Part shown: positions 23,320-37,511 of the stretch, in pieces | Layout: each line of letters begins with the position of its first letter | How positions within the stretch are numbered: the stretch's first letter is position 1 | Assembly: GCA_973895155.1 (NCBI GenBank) | Contig: OZ316898.1 | Span: forward strand, 9,886,286-9,950,285 | Source: Marsupella aquatica | Taxonomy: Eukaryota > Plantae > Marchantiophyta | Reading direction: 5' to 3' | Length of the DNA: 64,000 nt | Position numbers and translations under genes: made by a program | Notes under the pieces: model-generated | Databases searched by the model: none | What the model saw: the letters and a program-made list of their open reading frames with translations, nothing else | Told to the model about the DNA's origin: nothing

Positions 23320-26300
23320 CTAAGAGGAGCTTCTGTGGGAAATGGCAGCTGCACTCCCAATTATCAAAATGGCTCCAAACATATCCCACATTGTCGGGAT
23401 CTCTTGAAGAAACATGACTCCCAGAATGAACGTGAAGAGCACCTGAGACATAGGACGACCCCTTAACGTTAGTTGTGACTCTCAACTGCTACGTTGGGGA
23501 TCAAGTTGACTCCGTCGACAATTTTTCTGTAACCAAATTAATTCTTCAAAGGCTAATGAAAATTTGCCATTACTGAGCTCGTCACAAGTAGCGGTTATTA
23601 GATTCCACGAAATGCACGAGAGATCTTAATAAAGCATTGTTTTTGTGTCCACTTGCTGTAGGACTTTAGACAAGATGCTGCTTGTCTGAAGCCAATACTT
23701 AGGCAAAGTAATGAGTATCAGGCCTTAATAGAAATTATACGTATAGTATTCTGAAACCTTTGCACCTGGGCTGAAACTAAGAATACCACAGAACTGACAG
23801 GGAACTGACTTACTAAAGACCCTAATGATATTTGCAAAGGATTGACGTTGAATTTAGGCTTACGGGACAATCAGGAAAGTAACATTCGTTCATAATGCTT
23901 CTTCTACCTGATTATTCAATACTTTTCATCAATTATTCAGCCATATTCTGTATCTGAGTTACAGCCATTTGCCGAGAGGTTGTCAACATCTGCTTTTATC
24001 GAGAATACTTTCGCACTTCCCTAGACTAAATGTGGCAGAGGTTGCTACTTGAGAATGCAAAAGCCAGAGGTTGCTACTATCAGTCTTCTTACTTTTTGCG
24101 CGCTCCAAACAAAATCATTCGACACAATCAAGTAGATTGCTTTTAAAGGGATCTAAACCACAGATGAAGTCATTTGTGCAAGCAATGACGGTGAGTTGAG
24201 ATTAGATCGTTCAAAACAGAAAAGTTGTACCTTCAAATACTGAATGGGGGTAACGCTCGAAGCCTTCTCAAGTTGCAAAGCCCTTGTTAGAAACACCTGC
24301 ATAGCAATGGCCCAGAGGCAAAATGAACAAATGATTAGGATTCCACTCATTGAGAAATATGGTTGAGAAAACTGGCAAATCCAGCCTCCTCTGCTGCTCA
24401 AGCCTCTACCGACAAACAAATTTGTATCCAAAACTTATCCCAACCTTGTGCAACCGAATCCATGCATGAGAGTGAAAGATAGCGGTGAAGGGGCCAGAAG
24501 ACGACCTGTGCAGAATACGCCACGAGTCCAACGAGAAACATCAACGTGATCTCCATAGCCCCTGGTGGTTTGAAGCCCTGCGGAAAAACGGAGAAACATA
24601 TCACAAAGGGCGGTCCTTTGCTCCATAAATACTGATTGTGATCGAAAAGTAATATTCGCCAACAAAATCGGAGACAACTTGGGATATTACAGAGGAGGTC
24701 TCCAAGACTGGAATAAAATAGGTTGACGATGGGGGAACCTCGGCTCCGGTGGAAAAGAAAGCAAGCGGGGCCAAAAACTAAACGCAGCCCAGTGCAGGAG
24801 CTAGCTGACAAGAGAATGTGTTTTTTAAGTTTGAAAATGAGAGTAGGAGGTCTTTTAATCTTGAACAATGCGTTGCTCCAGCAACACTAAGAATCCGTGA
24901 AAGGAGAAATATACGAAGATGTAAGGAGAGATCTAGAAAATGGCAGATCAAAATAGGGGCCCTTTCACGGCTTATCCACAGAATTTAGATTTTCCCCTTA
25001 GATTCACGTCATAGAGTAACTGGATGCATGAACATGTGCTGCAGACCTGAAAGAGTGTTCCCAGAGCTGCCATTGGAGTGGAGAAAGCAGCAAAAGCGAA
25101 CACAGAAACCCTGCAACATGGATTAAACGAAACTTTTAGACATCAAATTGTAAAATTTAACAAAAAACAAACGTGGAGTGCAAGTCTGATTAATTTCTGC
25201 ACGTGTAGCACAACCCAGCGACGTGCAGTCTTGGCTAGTGACCTTGACATTCAATGTAGACCAAGTTGGAAAACAAGCTTTCGCATATTGACGAGCAGAA
25301 AGATCTGTCAGGTTCCTTACAACGGAGGTTCACCATGTTGTCCAATGATGCGCACAAGAATGTACGAAAGTGCACCCAAAGCAGCTGCTCCAAGCGCCGT
25401 TGCGACTCCCACATACAAATCCAAGATGCTTCTGTTCCCAGTATGCCGTCCTACATGAAAGGACAATTGCAATTGCAGAATGTTTCCATGCGATTAGGGC
25501 AATTCAATTTAAGATATTCAATCCAGACTTATTCAGCATGTTGAGAAAGGGAACGCGGATTTTCTTTTCCTAATTCATATTCAGAAAATCAGACAAGGTG
25601 GATTAAAGAGAACTAACAAGCAACCTACAACCTCATCTTAATGAAGTGAGAGAAGAAAACCTGAAGATAGGATCTGAGGTTGCGTGACAAGTAGAACTCC
25701 CAAAAAACTGCAAAATGTTCCTGCAACCAAAACCTTCAAATTGACAAATGTGCAGAACCAGAGAAACAACAGAGCGTGGGAGGCTTCTGATCTAGTGTTA
25801 TTGTAAGAGATAACAAAGTCTGAAGGCAGTCAACTTTGCTAGTGCAAATAATCTTAGGGCAAAGAAAGAAAACTTCGTCTCGTGGCATTATCCGTAAAGG
25901 TCACTTGTTTCTGGTAAAATTCCAAACCGATAAAACCTGATTGCATGTCCGCTTGCTAGCATTACTAAAGGGAAAGTCCTCCAAAACAGTCACCAGATGT
26001 ACAGATAACCAACGGTGGATAGCTATGATATGATATAGCATTTCTCTTCATAGACGTCAAATTTCACCTGCAGCTTCTGCCCCACTCCAACTCTCGTTCA
26101 AAAACACTGTTGCCAGAATAATCGTAAAGACAGGAGTCGTGAAATTCAGTACAGTTGCATCACGCAAGGGTAGAATCTGTATGCTGCACCAATCCAAGTT
26201 CCTCTTAGAATATCCAATATTCCAGATCAGGTCCTAGAAGAATCACTCTAAGTTGCCGGCGTTGAACTGCGACAACACATTGCAGAGAATTCAAAGTAGT

Positions 26301-27455
26301 GATAACCTCTACAGCATTGTGCAGGCCAATAGTTGACAAACATCCACCATTACAATCCGGGAGCTCAGAATCACCTATAAAAATATGCGGAAATAGATAT
26401 GAAGCCAACAATGGCTCGAGCCAGGACCAATCGCCGGACTTTGGGTGTTCCCCACAGAGGATGTTTCATTCGTCTCAAGGTCGCTCCAGCCAATAGAGAG
26501 ATTAACCCACATCGGAACATAACAATCTCTGAGGAAGGAATCGAGCGCACTGCCGGATCACCACATAGCAAAGACACCAAGCTCCATTAGTCAGGGCTCT
26601 TGTTTCTGTCAGTCTTTGCTGTCGTGTTGGTCCCAGATGAGTTCTTTACAAAGATCGTCACCAGGGACCTCCGCAGCAGTATAGAAGACAACTAGGAATC
26701 CATGTTTCCATATTTGGCTCCTATTTGCGGAAAATATACATCTTGTGAAGCGGGTCCTAGCTTGAACATCATCAAAGCCAGAATTTGGAGATTCTAGGTA
26801 TTCATACCATATTCCTCTGTAATTCATCCTCCGAGATCGTTTAAACAAGTGTATATTTAAAGGATTCTCTAAAGTCTGTCCCGATCAGTAGTGGCATCGT
26901 TTTAGAGAATTGAACTGTGCCCACTTTACACCATCGAGACTGTCTTGAATGGTCATAAATCAAGAACTCACTAGTTATGCTCACGAAAATTATGCTTGAA
27001 AAATGGCACTAGGACCGCTGAGAAATTTCCAGTTGCACAGGTCATTTTACATAAGATTTCAGGAATTGTTGATATGGTAAACAAAAACCTGTGAGGAGCT
27101 TGACGAAAAGGCCCATTAGGCTATATGACGCAGACGAAATGGCCATGCACGCGGATCCAGAGTATTTGGATCCCCCCCAAATCCAACTCCACATTCTAAT
27201 CCATTTCATCAACCTGGATTGGGAACTTCCGTCTGTAAACCCTTTGTCGAGGGCATCGAATTGTTTGCTACTCTCCACGTCACGATATATCGCATCAGTA
27301 GGCTTTGACTCGTCTTCATAATTTCGTTCGCTTGGTTCCACATATCCTAGTTCTACTGATTCAAGATCTTTCCTCGTCGAGAAATCTCTCTTCACCTCCC
27401 GTAGCCCGCGTCCGCGCAATAGAAAGCTCTCTAGATCCATATCTCTGTGTTCCAT
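23320..27455 (-). CDS. EamA/DMT-family (SLC35G-like) membrane transporter, 9 coding exons, ~390 aa
   Basis: Exons 27089-27455, 26375-26549, 26068-26183, 25661-25720, 25321-25450, 25047-25110, 24506-24577, 24231-24296, 23320-23442 are all GT-AG with consistent phases. Motifs EIVMFRC, RAIVG, LPLRDATVLNFTTPVFT..LA..FLNE, FLTRALQLEKA, two 5-TM repeats. The true start could be further upstream. Confidence 0.9.
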
Positions 27456-30284
27456 CTCGCCGAACGATTTGACCGGCTGGGAGACGCTTTCTCCCTCTGC
27501 TTCTTCTAAACCCTTACGAACATTCCCATAAGAAACTCCCGCGTGATCCCCAATTGCCAATAATACCAAGCTACCTCGAATCAAAGAATTATATTTCTAA
27601 TACCTGGCTCCAATTGAGGTCCCAGTGCCACCCGCAAGCAGCGATCCCTTCCACAATCAATGAAATCCAGACACCCATCTTTGGGCGGGCGTTGGGCTGA
27701 AGTCGACTGGAGGACCAAAGACGATTTTCACTATTTTGAGCTGCAGTGAGAAATGGGCTCACTAGTATTCAAGGCCTGGAATTCCTCGGCAGGTCAACCC
27801 TCCTGGACAATTTTGTTGGTCCATCCACTGTCGGTTTCCACGCCCACGCTGAGCACCGACAGAACTCCGTGCGCAGGGGATAAACCAACTCCCTGCAATT
27901 TCTTATACCACTGCAGTCTTTCAACCTGTGCAAAATCCAAGAAGCAGAATTGGGAACCTCCTCCTCCTCTCTTTCAAGTCCGACCTTCTTCAAGAGAAAC
28001 AGGTTGTTCACATGCGGTCTTCGGCGGGAGGTCCTTAGGAAAAGACCCTCCTCACTCTCCCACAGATTGTGGCCAAAACCCGAAGATCCACCAATGTCTC
28101 ATTAATGCCCTCTTCGATAGACAGAAATCCCATCCATCTCGAATGTGTGCCATTTAATTTTCGCAATCACCCTCACAGAGAATGTGAACCACCCGTCCCA
28201 GTGCAAGACTGCTACCACCCCTTCTGACCGCTTCTGATAATTGGGTCCAAGAGACTCCCAACTTCCCGAGTCACTCGGCAGGGCAGCCTACAAGCAAAAT
28301 GGATAATTCCAGCCCAGACCGATCGGAACCAATCAGAAGTAGACCAAAGTAAGAATTGAAGGCCAAATTCTTTAGTAAACGGTCATCGGTGGAAGGAAGC
28401 TGCAGAGAAACGACGGAACACAGCCAATCATTCGCTGGGGAAAACAAATTGTCGTTCAAGCTTCTCATTCCTCATTATTCTCATTCTTCAGTCGGGCAAG
28501 GGACAAGAAAACTAGAGTCATCGTAACAATCGGTCGCGCATGCTTGTCATTTCAAGGAAGTCAGAGTTTCCATTATTGCCTGCCTATCTACTCTCACGTT
28601 TTACTCGCATGAATTCTACCTTTGAATCGTGCCCGACATTTTCGTTTGTTGTCAAACCCATGTACCTCGCGCGACGTTCCAGAGAAAGAAGACATTTTGC
28701 TGAAAGTAGAGGATGCCTTCGAGAGCCTGTGTATGACAGCCACCTTAAGCAGATCACCCTCCACCAGAGAGGGCTTTCAGTAAAGTATAATCGTAGTCAA
28801 TTTCGGGTCCGCTGACACGCCAGGTTTTTTTTAATGACGCAGTATAAGTAACTGAGGCAAATTCGTTGTGCTGACTTCGATTGACCCTCACAATCTGTTT
28901 GCTGTTCGTAAAGTACTCTCGTATTCAGCTGTTTTCCCCTTTTGTCGTTCTACTGTAGAGAAAAAGATTCATGAAACAGGAAACATTTCATAGGATCGCA
29001 TTTAGAGAAAAAGATTCGTGCACCAGGAAATTGATTGCAATTCGTCTCCGACTCCAGTCTTACATGAATCAAAGCTGTGTCTTTTCTGGTGACGATATCT
29101 CAACAGTGATGAATTCTTTGCTCAGACGAGAATGAGCATCCTGGTGACCTCCTTCGAGTCATCAAAGATCGTGACCGTTGTTTTGTTTTGTGTTGTTTCT
29201 AATTTTGGCTTTTATGCCGTTGTATTCTGTTTCTTCTTGTGATTTATGAAGTATATTGGTAAGAGCTATTGATCAGCAAGTCATGTTCCCTGGTGAAAAC
29301 TGAAAACCCTTCGACAGGTTGAGAATTCCATAACATAATTGAATCGCTTAAACAACCTGCATCAGAGAAGTGCGATCCCTGTCGATAATCTGATCTCGAA
29401 ATTCTTAAATAATCTTCACTGATGAAGTTTGAGAGCACGGCTTCGATAAATCCTCTCGACAACTTTCGTCTCTGGAGTCGAGGGCCGGATTTTAGGAGCA
29501 GGATTTTATTGATACCAAACGAACGAGATAGCGTACATATTCTAGACAAGTAACATTGTACCAATACGGCTCCGAGCAAAATCACGGTCTTATAGCTTCA
29601 CCAATCTCATGGTCTTATCAGCACTGTCTTGGAACGAGTAATTCAAGTTCCCAAGTAGGAGAAAAACCTCCAGCACCGCAACAGCAGGACGAAGGGTATG
29701 AACTTGTAGAGAACGATTGCCAGGAGTTGAAGGGTCGAAGGATAGATCACAGCAATCCTACAAGAAAGGCACTCTCCGAAGTCTTATCTCTCATCGAGTT
29801 CCACACCCGAAAATAGAAGTACGAGAACTTTTTGTTGCCAAGCGATATTGCCAGAAGAATGAAAGTTTTCGTACACTAAATTCACTAGTGGAGGTACAAG
29901 CAGATTGTGTGTCCAACAAGAAATCTAAGTAGATTGGACGTCAGTTCCTTGCAACACTTAGGGTTATATTTCTTGAACTGTTAGGAGAGTTCTCTGAGTT
30001 CAATTCCATCTTGGGACCTCCAATCCCCCCTACGTTCCAAAATTTGTCTTCGAGTACCAGACTCTACTCGCCATCACTCACTCGCTTAACGCATGGTTTC
30101 GTCTCGCTTTTCTTCCGGAGGGTGAAGAATTTTGGGGTTGGGAGATTTAGAAGTCAATGCATGTTCTTACCGTCGTGACGATCATGTTAAAAATCGGCGC
30201 TTTCGACATCTGGATCTGTAAAGCATGTTTTCCAGCACATCTAGATCTGGAGATCGGTTCCTCTTGGAAACCTATGAAATCCTG

Positions 30285-30380
30285 CAGTCAATAGTCTTTG
30301 ATTTCCAAAGAGCAGCTTCAGACTCCACACTGCTGTCAACAGTCTTTGATTTCCAAAGAGAAGTTTCAGACTCCACACTG
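30285..30380. repeat. 45-bp tandem duplication
   Basis: GTCAA(T/C)AGTCTTTGATTTCCAAAGAG(C/A)AG(C/T)TTCAGACTCCACACTG x2. Confidence 0.9.
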
Positions 30381-32220
30381 GTAAGGAAAAACTGTAATGA
30401 CGAACTAACTTTGAACCAGAACGTCTGTCATGTGCCAAAAACAAGATTTTTTAAAAGTAAGAACGCAGAACATGACTAACACCACTGCAGAAGAATTTCC
30501 AGCGACTGAATTATTTATGAGCAACGTACTGGGTCACAAGCGGATGTTGTTATGCAATGAGATCTTTAACAAACCTGCACCAGGGAATAATAGAACTTGG
30601 GTGAACATAGTACATAGGCAGTTTGGAGTAGATAGGCGGGCAATAATAGAACTTGGGAGAACAGAACGAGGCGTTCGAGGAGATTGGCTTCGAATTTAAC
30701 ATTTAAATAGCTTGCCGGCCCAAGCACAGCTAGAGAAGTGCTGTCATTTCAGAAAGCATCAAGTGATGTCGATCTGTCCCAGTCAGTCAGAGTTCCAAGT
30801 CTTTAGTCTAGGATTTTAATGAATTTGAACTTAGTTGAGCTACTAAATCAACTTTTTTCATATTTCATATTTTTGCCTTTTTTCTCGGTCAACAGCTTTT
30901 CCTCGCTGCCTCTAACGGTCAGGATGTTCCATGCGCTGGGGAGCAATATTATAGTGGGTAATAGGAGTGTTCCAATAACTTAAGCTTTTTGTTGCAGGTC
31001 TTTCTGGTGGAGATACCAAATGAATCCTTCTATTCATTCTTTGGCCTGAACTTGAATGCAAAAGATCCCCATTTCTTGTTACGCCAGTCAACTTTTCCAT
31101 CCCGCAGTCTTTTAATCGTCTATATTTTACACAGGCATAATCAATTCAATCGAAGGGACACTCTGCTGCCGATGTTTGTGACAAGTTCTTCAAACTCAGT
31201 CACAGACAACGTTGTTGGTGAACACAATCGTTTGACTTTCCTTATTTTAGTACGTACAGAAGACTCAAAAGACAACACAATGTTGGAGCAATTTCTGACA
31301 GAAGACTCAAAAGAGAAGACTGTTCAGGAACGTACATTCTGTGAGCATTTCTTCTGCCCATGATTTCTGTCCATTGCAGATCACCAAACATTTTGAAGTG
31401 AAGGGCGTTGGTAAACGAACTACTGTCAGTAGCTGAGACACCATGTTTCTTCTGTCCATGATTTCTGTCCGTGGCAGATCACGAAACATTAAGTGAACAG
31501 TGTTTGTAAAGAACTAGCTGAGACACCATGTCAGCCTTCAGTACGATTCGAAGAAGCCTGTGACCAGGCCCCTCCTCTTCCCTGTCGAATCGTCCTGAGC
31601 AGAGTGTCTTGGATTGGTGACAAGTTGGGCTTACCAAACGTTTCTACTGGACAGAGAGAGAGAACATTATTTCCTGAAGGAGAGCCATAAAAGTACAATG
31701 AGAGATAATTGGGCAAAGCTGAGAAAGGCATCATGAGCAGCCCCTCCTGATGAGCTTACACATCATTCCATAAGAGAGCCCTCCTGTTCATTGTGATTTC
31801 TTTTAAGTCTGTGTGATGTTGAGGAAAATTAGTTGGTGATGCCTTATTGAACTTTGTGGGTAAGGGTTAACTTCAACTTCTTTGTTCTTTCACTTTGAAC
31901 GCCTCCTTGGACTCTTGGGGGCATTTTTCAGAGCACTTATGTGAAGAACGGTGAAGGATGCAAACACGAGCCTCACTCAACTCTGTTGCGGGTTGGGAAG
32001 AGAAAGTGTACATAGAAGGAGCAAAACTCGCTAATATAAATGAGCAATTGGATTATCTTGGTAGGGAAAATCTATTCAGCCTGGGGCACTTGCATTGTTG
32101 CACAATACACAGTTGCTTTCTGATGTGCAATTACAGCCAGGTGATAAAGTGCTCAACAAGTTCAGGGAATTTCATTACCGGTATCACTAAATAATTTTCT
32201 CTTCATGGATCCATCCCTGG

Positions 32221-32345
32221 CCTTAACTCATCACTTCTGTAAGTGTTAGTGCTTGCTTTTAAAGGATGTCTAAATTTCTCTTCATTAGACCTATCCCTTA
32301 ACTCATCACTTCTGTAAGTGTTAGTGCTTGCTTTTGAAGGATGTC
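32221..32345. repeat. 50-bp direct repeat, 75-bp period
   Basis: CCTTAACTCATCACTTCTGTAAGTGTTAGTGCTTGCTTTT(A/G)AAGGATGTC x2. Confidence 0.9.
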
Positions 32346-33550
32346 AAATCATGCATCTACAATACCATTTCTGATGTGTATATGTTACGAGCTATTATTT
32401 TTACAAGGGCTCCAGGTGATCATTGGATTGGTCATTAGCTGGCAATGACAGCATCTTAGTACGTCAATTTTGCCCAATCAAGCATCTACAATACCCTTTC
32501 TAATGTTAAATAGAACTACAAATATTCCAAGGATTAAAGTAAAATTAGTGGTCATTTCCTCATAGTCCTGCTGAAATCCTTCATTATAAATTCCCCTTCA
32601 TTGCCTCACTCCGTCTTGCAAAGGAGTCAGGGGTTTCCGCGGAACACGGCTCTGTGTATAGGTACATTGTATGTATATCCTTCATGCTTCGAATCAAATG
32701 CATGGCTTCCTGGCCCACTCAAATATCCAATGAATTTGTGAGACATACAAACTACCTTCTATATGCTTTCTATATACTCAAGAAAACTGGCTCCTTCCTC
32801 TTATCTGATGACAAGGTTACCCGCCACGCCAACTTGGAGCAATTGTCCCATGAAACCCTCTCCCAAACTGAGACATACAAACTAGCTTCTATAATTATGC
32901 TTTCTATCTATTCGAGGCAAACTAGCTCCTTCCTTTAATCTGAGGACAAGATTGCCCTCCACTTCAATTGGGAAGCCATTCTCCCATAAAACCCACTCCC
33001 AAGCTGAGGCAAATTCGTGCAAGAAACCCTCTCAATACATGCCTTGACCAGTTGGAGCAGCTGCAGATGAGCTTGATAGTGTTTTGGGCACAATTTTCCA
33101 TCGACGATTGTGCATATTAGGGCGTGTCAAAGTTCTCCCGCAACCAAAGTTCCCCTTAACCAAAGTGTTACGACTTTAAGTTTTTGGACATATGACCCTT
33201 ATGGGCTACTTATTTTGGTAGCCCATACTTATTTTGTCCTGGCAGTAAGAGCATTTTATGTATCAATTTTGGTAGCAGCCTACAGTGATTTTGTCTTTGA
33301 CACGCACTATTATAGATCTTCAAACTTGAGGACGAGAACTGATCCAGGCTGAGCCTTGAGATAATTGTGCTCAACAATGGACCGTGAATAGTACTCGAGA
33401 CGCTGTAATCGTTGGACGGACCGAAGGTCGAGACGCTGTCATCATGGCATGCACGGGGTGAATTCGTCCCTCCGACTTCCACTGCCTTTGCGGGGGTGTC
33501 TGCCAGGTACATGAGGTGCAGTATCACCCACCATAGAGTGTTCTCCGTCT

Positions 33551-36500
33551 CTAACAGACATTGATTTCCTTCATTTGTGGGAACTCGGTTGGATCCGGAC
33601 TCGACCAATCTAGTCTAGTGTCCTGAACTCTGCGCTGGAAACCTCTCCATGTAGAATGGATGTTTTCGACGGCGTCCGTGAGCATCGGCTTTGGGTGCCA
33701 GCGACTTTTCGGTATGTCATCCCGCATCTTCTCCAGTCTGACCGCCGGATTCTTGTCCCAGTATTGCCTCAGAAGACTGCCATATATCACACAAATTCAA
33801 AGAAGAAAGGCAATGCTGCCGGTTACGGACCTCGTCCATTACAGTATATGAAAGTCACGAAGGCGAGCAAACGGGAGAATGCACGCGATACAATTCCCCA
33901 GCTGAGAATGACAGTATGTGGTAGACGACGTGCATAGTTGTTTAGAGTTGTAGCTGATGACCGAAGAGCCTTTCGATGCTGATCGCAACTATTCTCTATA
34001 TTTTTTCGAACTGATCACTCTGAGCAATTCCCTTCGACTGACTGTTAGTTGTATTGTTACTCAGAAGCAGGACAACGAACCAGGTGGATGATTTTCGAAG
34101 GTTCTCGATGAGTAAACGATTGTTTTCTTACGGCCTGATGTATATATATATTCAGACAGTTCTCTTTCTTCGTGAGCACTGCTTGAAGATGTATCATATC
34201 TGATTGGGATTGCCGACCAGTTGGACCTGCCCACCTTGACCGGGTCTGACCGATGGCTCCGAAAGTGGTATGGGTTCGATAATCTATGAGGTTGACACAT
34301 ACAATTTGAAAGGTAACATACAGGCGACCAAGGCTGAGTGGTCGATCCATGATGCAAGAGAATTTTCTCTGCCCAGTTTAATAATTGTCTTGGTTTGATC
34401 ACCCATGTATAGGACAGCCCAAGAGAGAGGAGGGCAGGAGAAACACCGGAGTGAGCTAGGAGACTAATCCAACGTGGCAAGACAGATCTTGATCAAAGCC
34501 TCAAGGTGATTGACTTAGTGGTGAAAGCAATGGTCTAGTTATCGCCCAAGGTGATCTACTTGGTGATGAATGCAATCATGGTGTAGTTGTGGTTGACCCA
34601 TTGCAATACCCCTAAGTCCAAAGAGGCACCTTTAAAACGATGGTCATAAATGATTGCTGGTAGTACTATCATGCAAGATCGAGCTCCCACTCAAACTGAT
34701 TGCTCAACACAAGTAACATTGTAATCAGGTTGAACACCATGACTAGGTTGGCGTACTATCATATGGAAGTAGGGAAGGGGTATATGGATTTAAAGTTGTC
34801 AAATAACAAAATAAGAGTTGCTTGATACTCTAGTACTCGTCCTCTAAGAACTAGTTGGCACGGTCAATTAGTTGCCATTAGTACCAACTCCTATTTCTAT
34901 GGCGGATACAGTAAGGTTGTCAAATTTGCCAAGGTCCATACCATCATCCCCCCGACCTTGGATGAAAAGTCCAAGACTGAATAAGAATACGGAAGCCGAA
35001 TGAAAGATTTCTTTGCAACCCGAACATGATAGAAAATGAGTTTAGGATAGACACTTACACTTTCATTCCGGGCGGATATGTCTTCATTCGAAACTCTGGT
35101 CGTTTATCTTCATGAGCACGCTTTTGTGCTACTTCATGGCCGGTACTACTCAGAAGTCCAGGTCCACCTTCAAACATCTTCAAACGACAATTCCAAAAGT
35201 TCAAGTTGGGTCAAGGATCGAACAATTGTTCGTAAATCTGAATCATATCGATATGTGCATAATCTTGATGTTCAGTTGACGAATGAATAGTTGCAGCAGG
35301 ATGAGTACCTCTGTAATGATAATTGCAAAAGAGAAGACATCAACACTTTTGTCGTAATTTTCATGTAAGAAAACTTCAGGAGCCATGTACCGATCTGCAA
35401 TCCAGGAAAGTAATTGTACGGCCGTCTGCACGTCCGTGTCCTCTTATTAATTCAGTATCCTTTCAAAATGGAACATTTATATGTAGATGTTTAGATGTCT
35501 CCATTCCCATCCAAGATTTTAGCGCAATCCTGGATGTACTATCCTCCAAGTGATGGACCTCATAATTTACACAAAAATATCAAAACTTTCCATGATCATC
35601 ATTCAAGCGAGGTCTGCAAATGGAATTGCTCCGTGCATGCGTCCTTTTCGCTTCTCAATTACTGTTTCAAAAGGTGGACTCAGCAATCAAAACAATGTAA
35701 ATTAAATTTTTTAGATACGCAAAATTTGTGAAGTCGAAATTAATACGGGACGATGTCCCATCATCTATCTTTATTACTTTGGTTCAACGATACCATGGCC
35801 AAGGACTGGCAAGCTGTACCATGCTGGACTTACAAGTTCCTGTTCCCCCTGTCATTTCATATGCAGAGTTTGCTTTTCGCGGGCCCATCAACTTCGACAA
35901 CCCGAAGTCCGCAACCTGCAAATGGCCCGCTTTATCATGCAGCAAGTTTCTGACGTAACATCGCGATAATGAGAACCTTCGAACGCTTGTGAGCTATGAA
36001 ATTAATCTGGAGCCAATATGGAATGCCAAGTATCCCCAAAGTGACCACGGGCTTCAAAATCTTTGGAGCATGATGTCGCGCAGGCTGTGACCATAGGCAA
36101 TGTCCTAGTCCGAGAATCTTTGGACATCTTGGGCGGGTTTCTAAAGACCAGCGAGGACAGTTTGCGTCAACACAATGCAAAAGGATGACTATTGTTGCCA
36201 AGGATGGGACGGAGCCATGTCAATTATGCCATATTGCAACTCGTCTGTCCGTCAACTACATATGATTCCGAATCAACAAAAGGAGAGATTTCAATGCACT
36301 AAGACAGATAGAAAACGTTTCCAAGGAAGACAGATAGAGAACTGATTACAGATTCCGAGGCGTGTACATACCTCGGTTTCAAATCACGATGAACGATGGC
36401 TTTTGGTTTGTGCTGGTGCAGATAATTCATGCCCCAGAATTACTTCCAATGGAAAATTCTTCATTCATGAGAAATGAAAAATGCGCACATTTGATTTTTT

Positions 36501-37511
36501 AATCATGTTTGGTTGCGCAATAGCTTATGAGTTTTGAAGGTCATGAGAAATCGAACTTTAGTCGATAAGTATAACGATTCAAATGTACATCACTACGGAA
36601 ACACTGAAAGTGCGGACGCCCTTCAAAAGCTGTTCAAAGCTCTTACCGAGAAATATCGAGGGCATAGCTCACCGCATCTCTCGCTGGGATTCGACCCCCT
36701 CTACTGATAATTTCATGCAGGTCTCCCTGCTCATACCAAGGATTATTTATTTGATTCTTTCCAATATGCAATCCCCGGCCATACTACTGGAGTACGTGTT
36801 ATCAGTGATCGCTAAAAATGAAACTTAGTATGTACAATCTGTCAACAAGCTGGCCGGCAATGCGCTTAATCACTCGAATTCGGTCTACTATATCCAAAAT
36901 TCGATGCATCAAGAAACACTCAGAAAGCTAGAGAACATTAAGATATACATTGCAGTACTGTACCTTAGGAAGATACTCCGTAACGATGACGCGGTTATTA
37001 TTTTTCGTAACAGCTCCAAGGAACTCAACAATATTTGGGTGTCGGAGACTTTGCAGCAACAAGAGCTGCATGTGGAACTCTTCTGTTGTCCAGGAATCAA
37101 AGCACATGTTACATCCCCAGTCAGTCAGCACTGCAGAGATAATGAACTGAGGAGAACCTTTTAGTGCAAGAGGCAGGAGCAAATCGCTGGGGGGAAACGG
37201 TCGACTGGATTGACCTTAGCGTTTCGCTCCAACAGCAACTCCACTAAGCCAAGGCTGCCCTCACTGGCTGCGAGATGCAGTGCTATGCGTCCATTGTAAT
37301 CCGAGGAGTCCACATCCAGACCTTCTTCGTCCAGGATTTGCCTGACGCCATCTACATCTCCCAAGCTGGCGAATTGTAACAAGCTCACAATCTTGTCGAC
37401 CGGGCTAGACTGCAGCGAAGCAGCTATCATGTCTTCCTGTGTCTTCATAATCCAACGCTTCACCATAATCTGCTGAAACTCTAGCTTGCGTTCGATCGCT
37501 GGAAGAAACAT
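33551..37511 (-). pseudogene. ankyrin-repeat Raf-like kinase (integrin-linked kinase / VIK-like) pseudogene
   Basis: Ankyrin exon (DYNGRIALHLAASEG..VELLL). Kinase exons LRHPNIVEFLGAVT..IVTEYLPK (36964-37082), GDLHE..YALDISR (36647-36726), GMNYLH..IVHRDLKPR (~36372-36434), VADFGLSK..TGGTGT, YRYMAPEV..KSVDVFSF, MFEG..RPEF, LLRQYWDKNPAVR. The last ankyrin and kinase N-lobe exons are absent and one acceptor reads TG. Confidence 0.85.
34055..34718. mobile_element. possible solo LTR in the last intron of the kinase pseudogene
   Basis: Ends TGTTACT...AGTAACA (7-bp inverted), flanks TTGTAT/TTGTAA, internal TATA-like run; no coding content. Confidence 0.35.

Noticed and set aside
22917-23485. SWIM/zinc-finger transposase from WECSCH
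   Set aside because: It is an alternative frame of the last EamA exon and its 3' UTR.
27600-31700. Short ORFs / possible LINE or transposase relics
   Set aside because: No diagnostic motifs in any frame that I could recognise; left unannotated.
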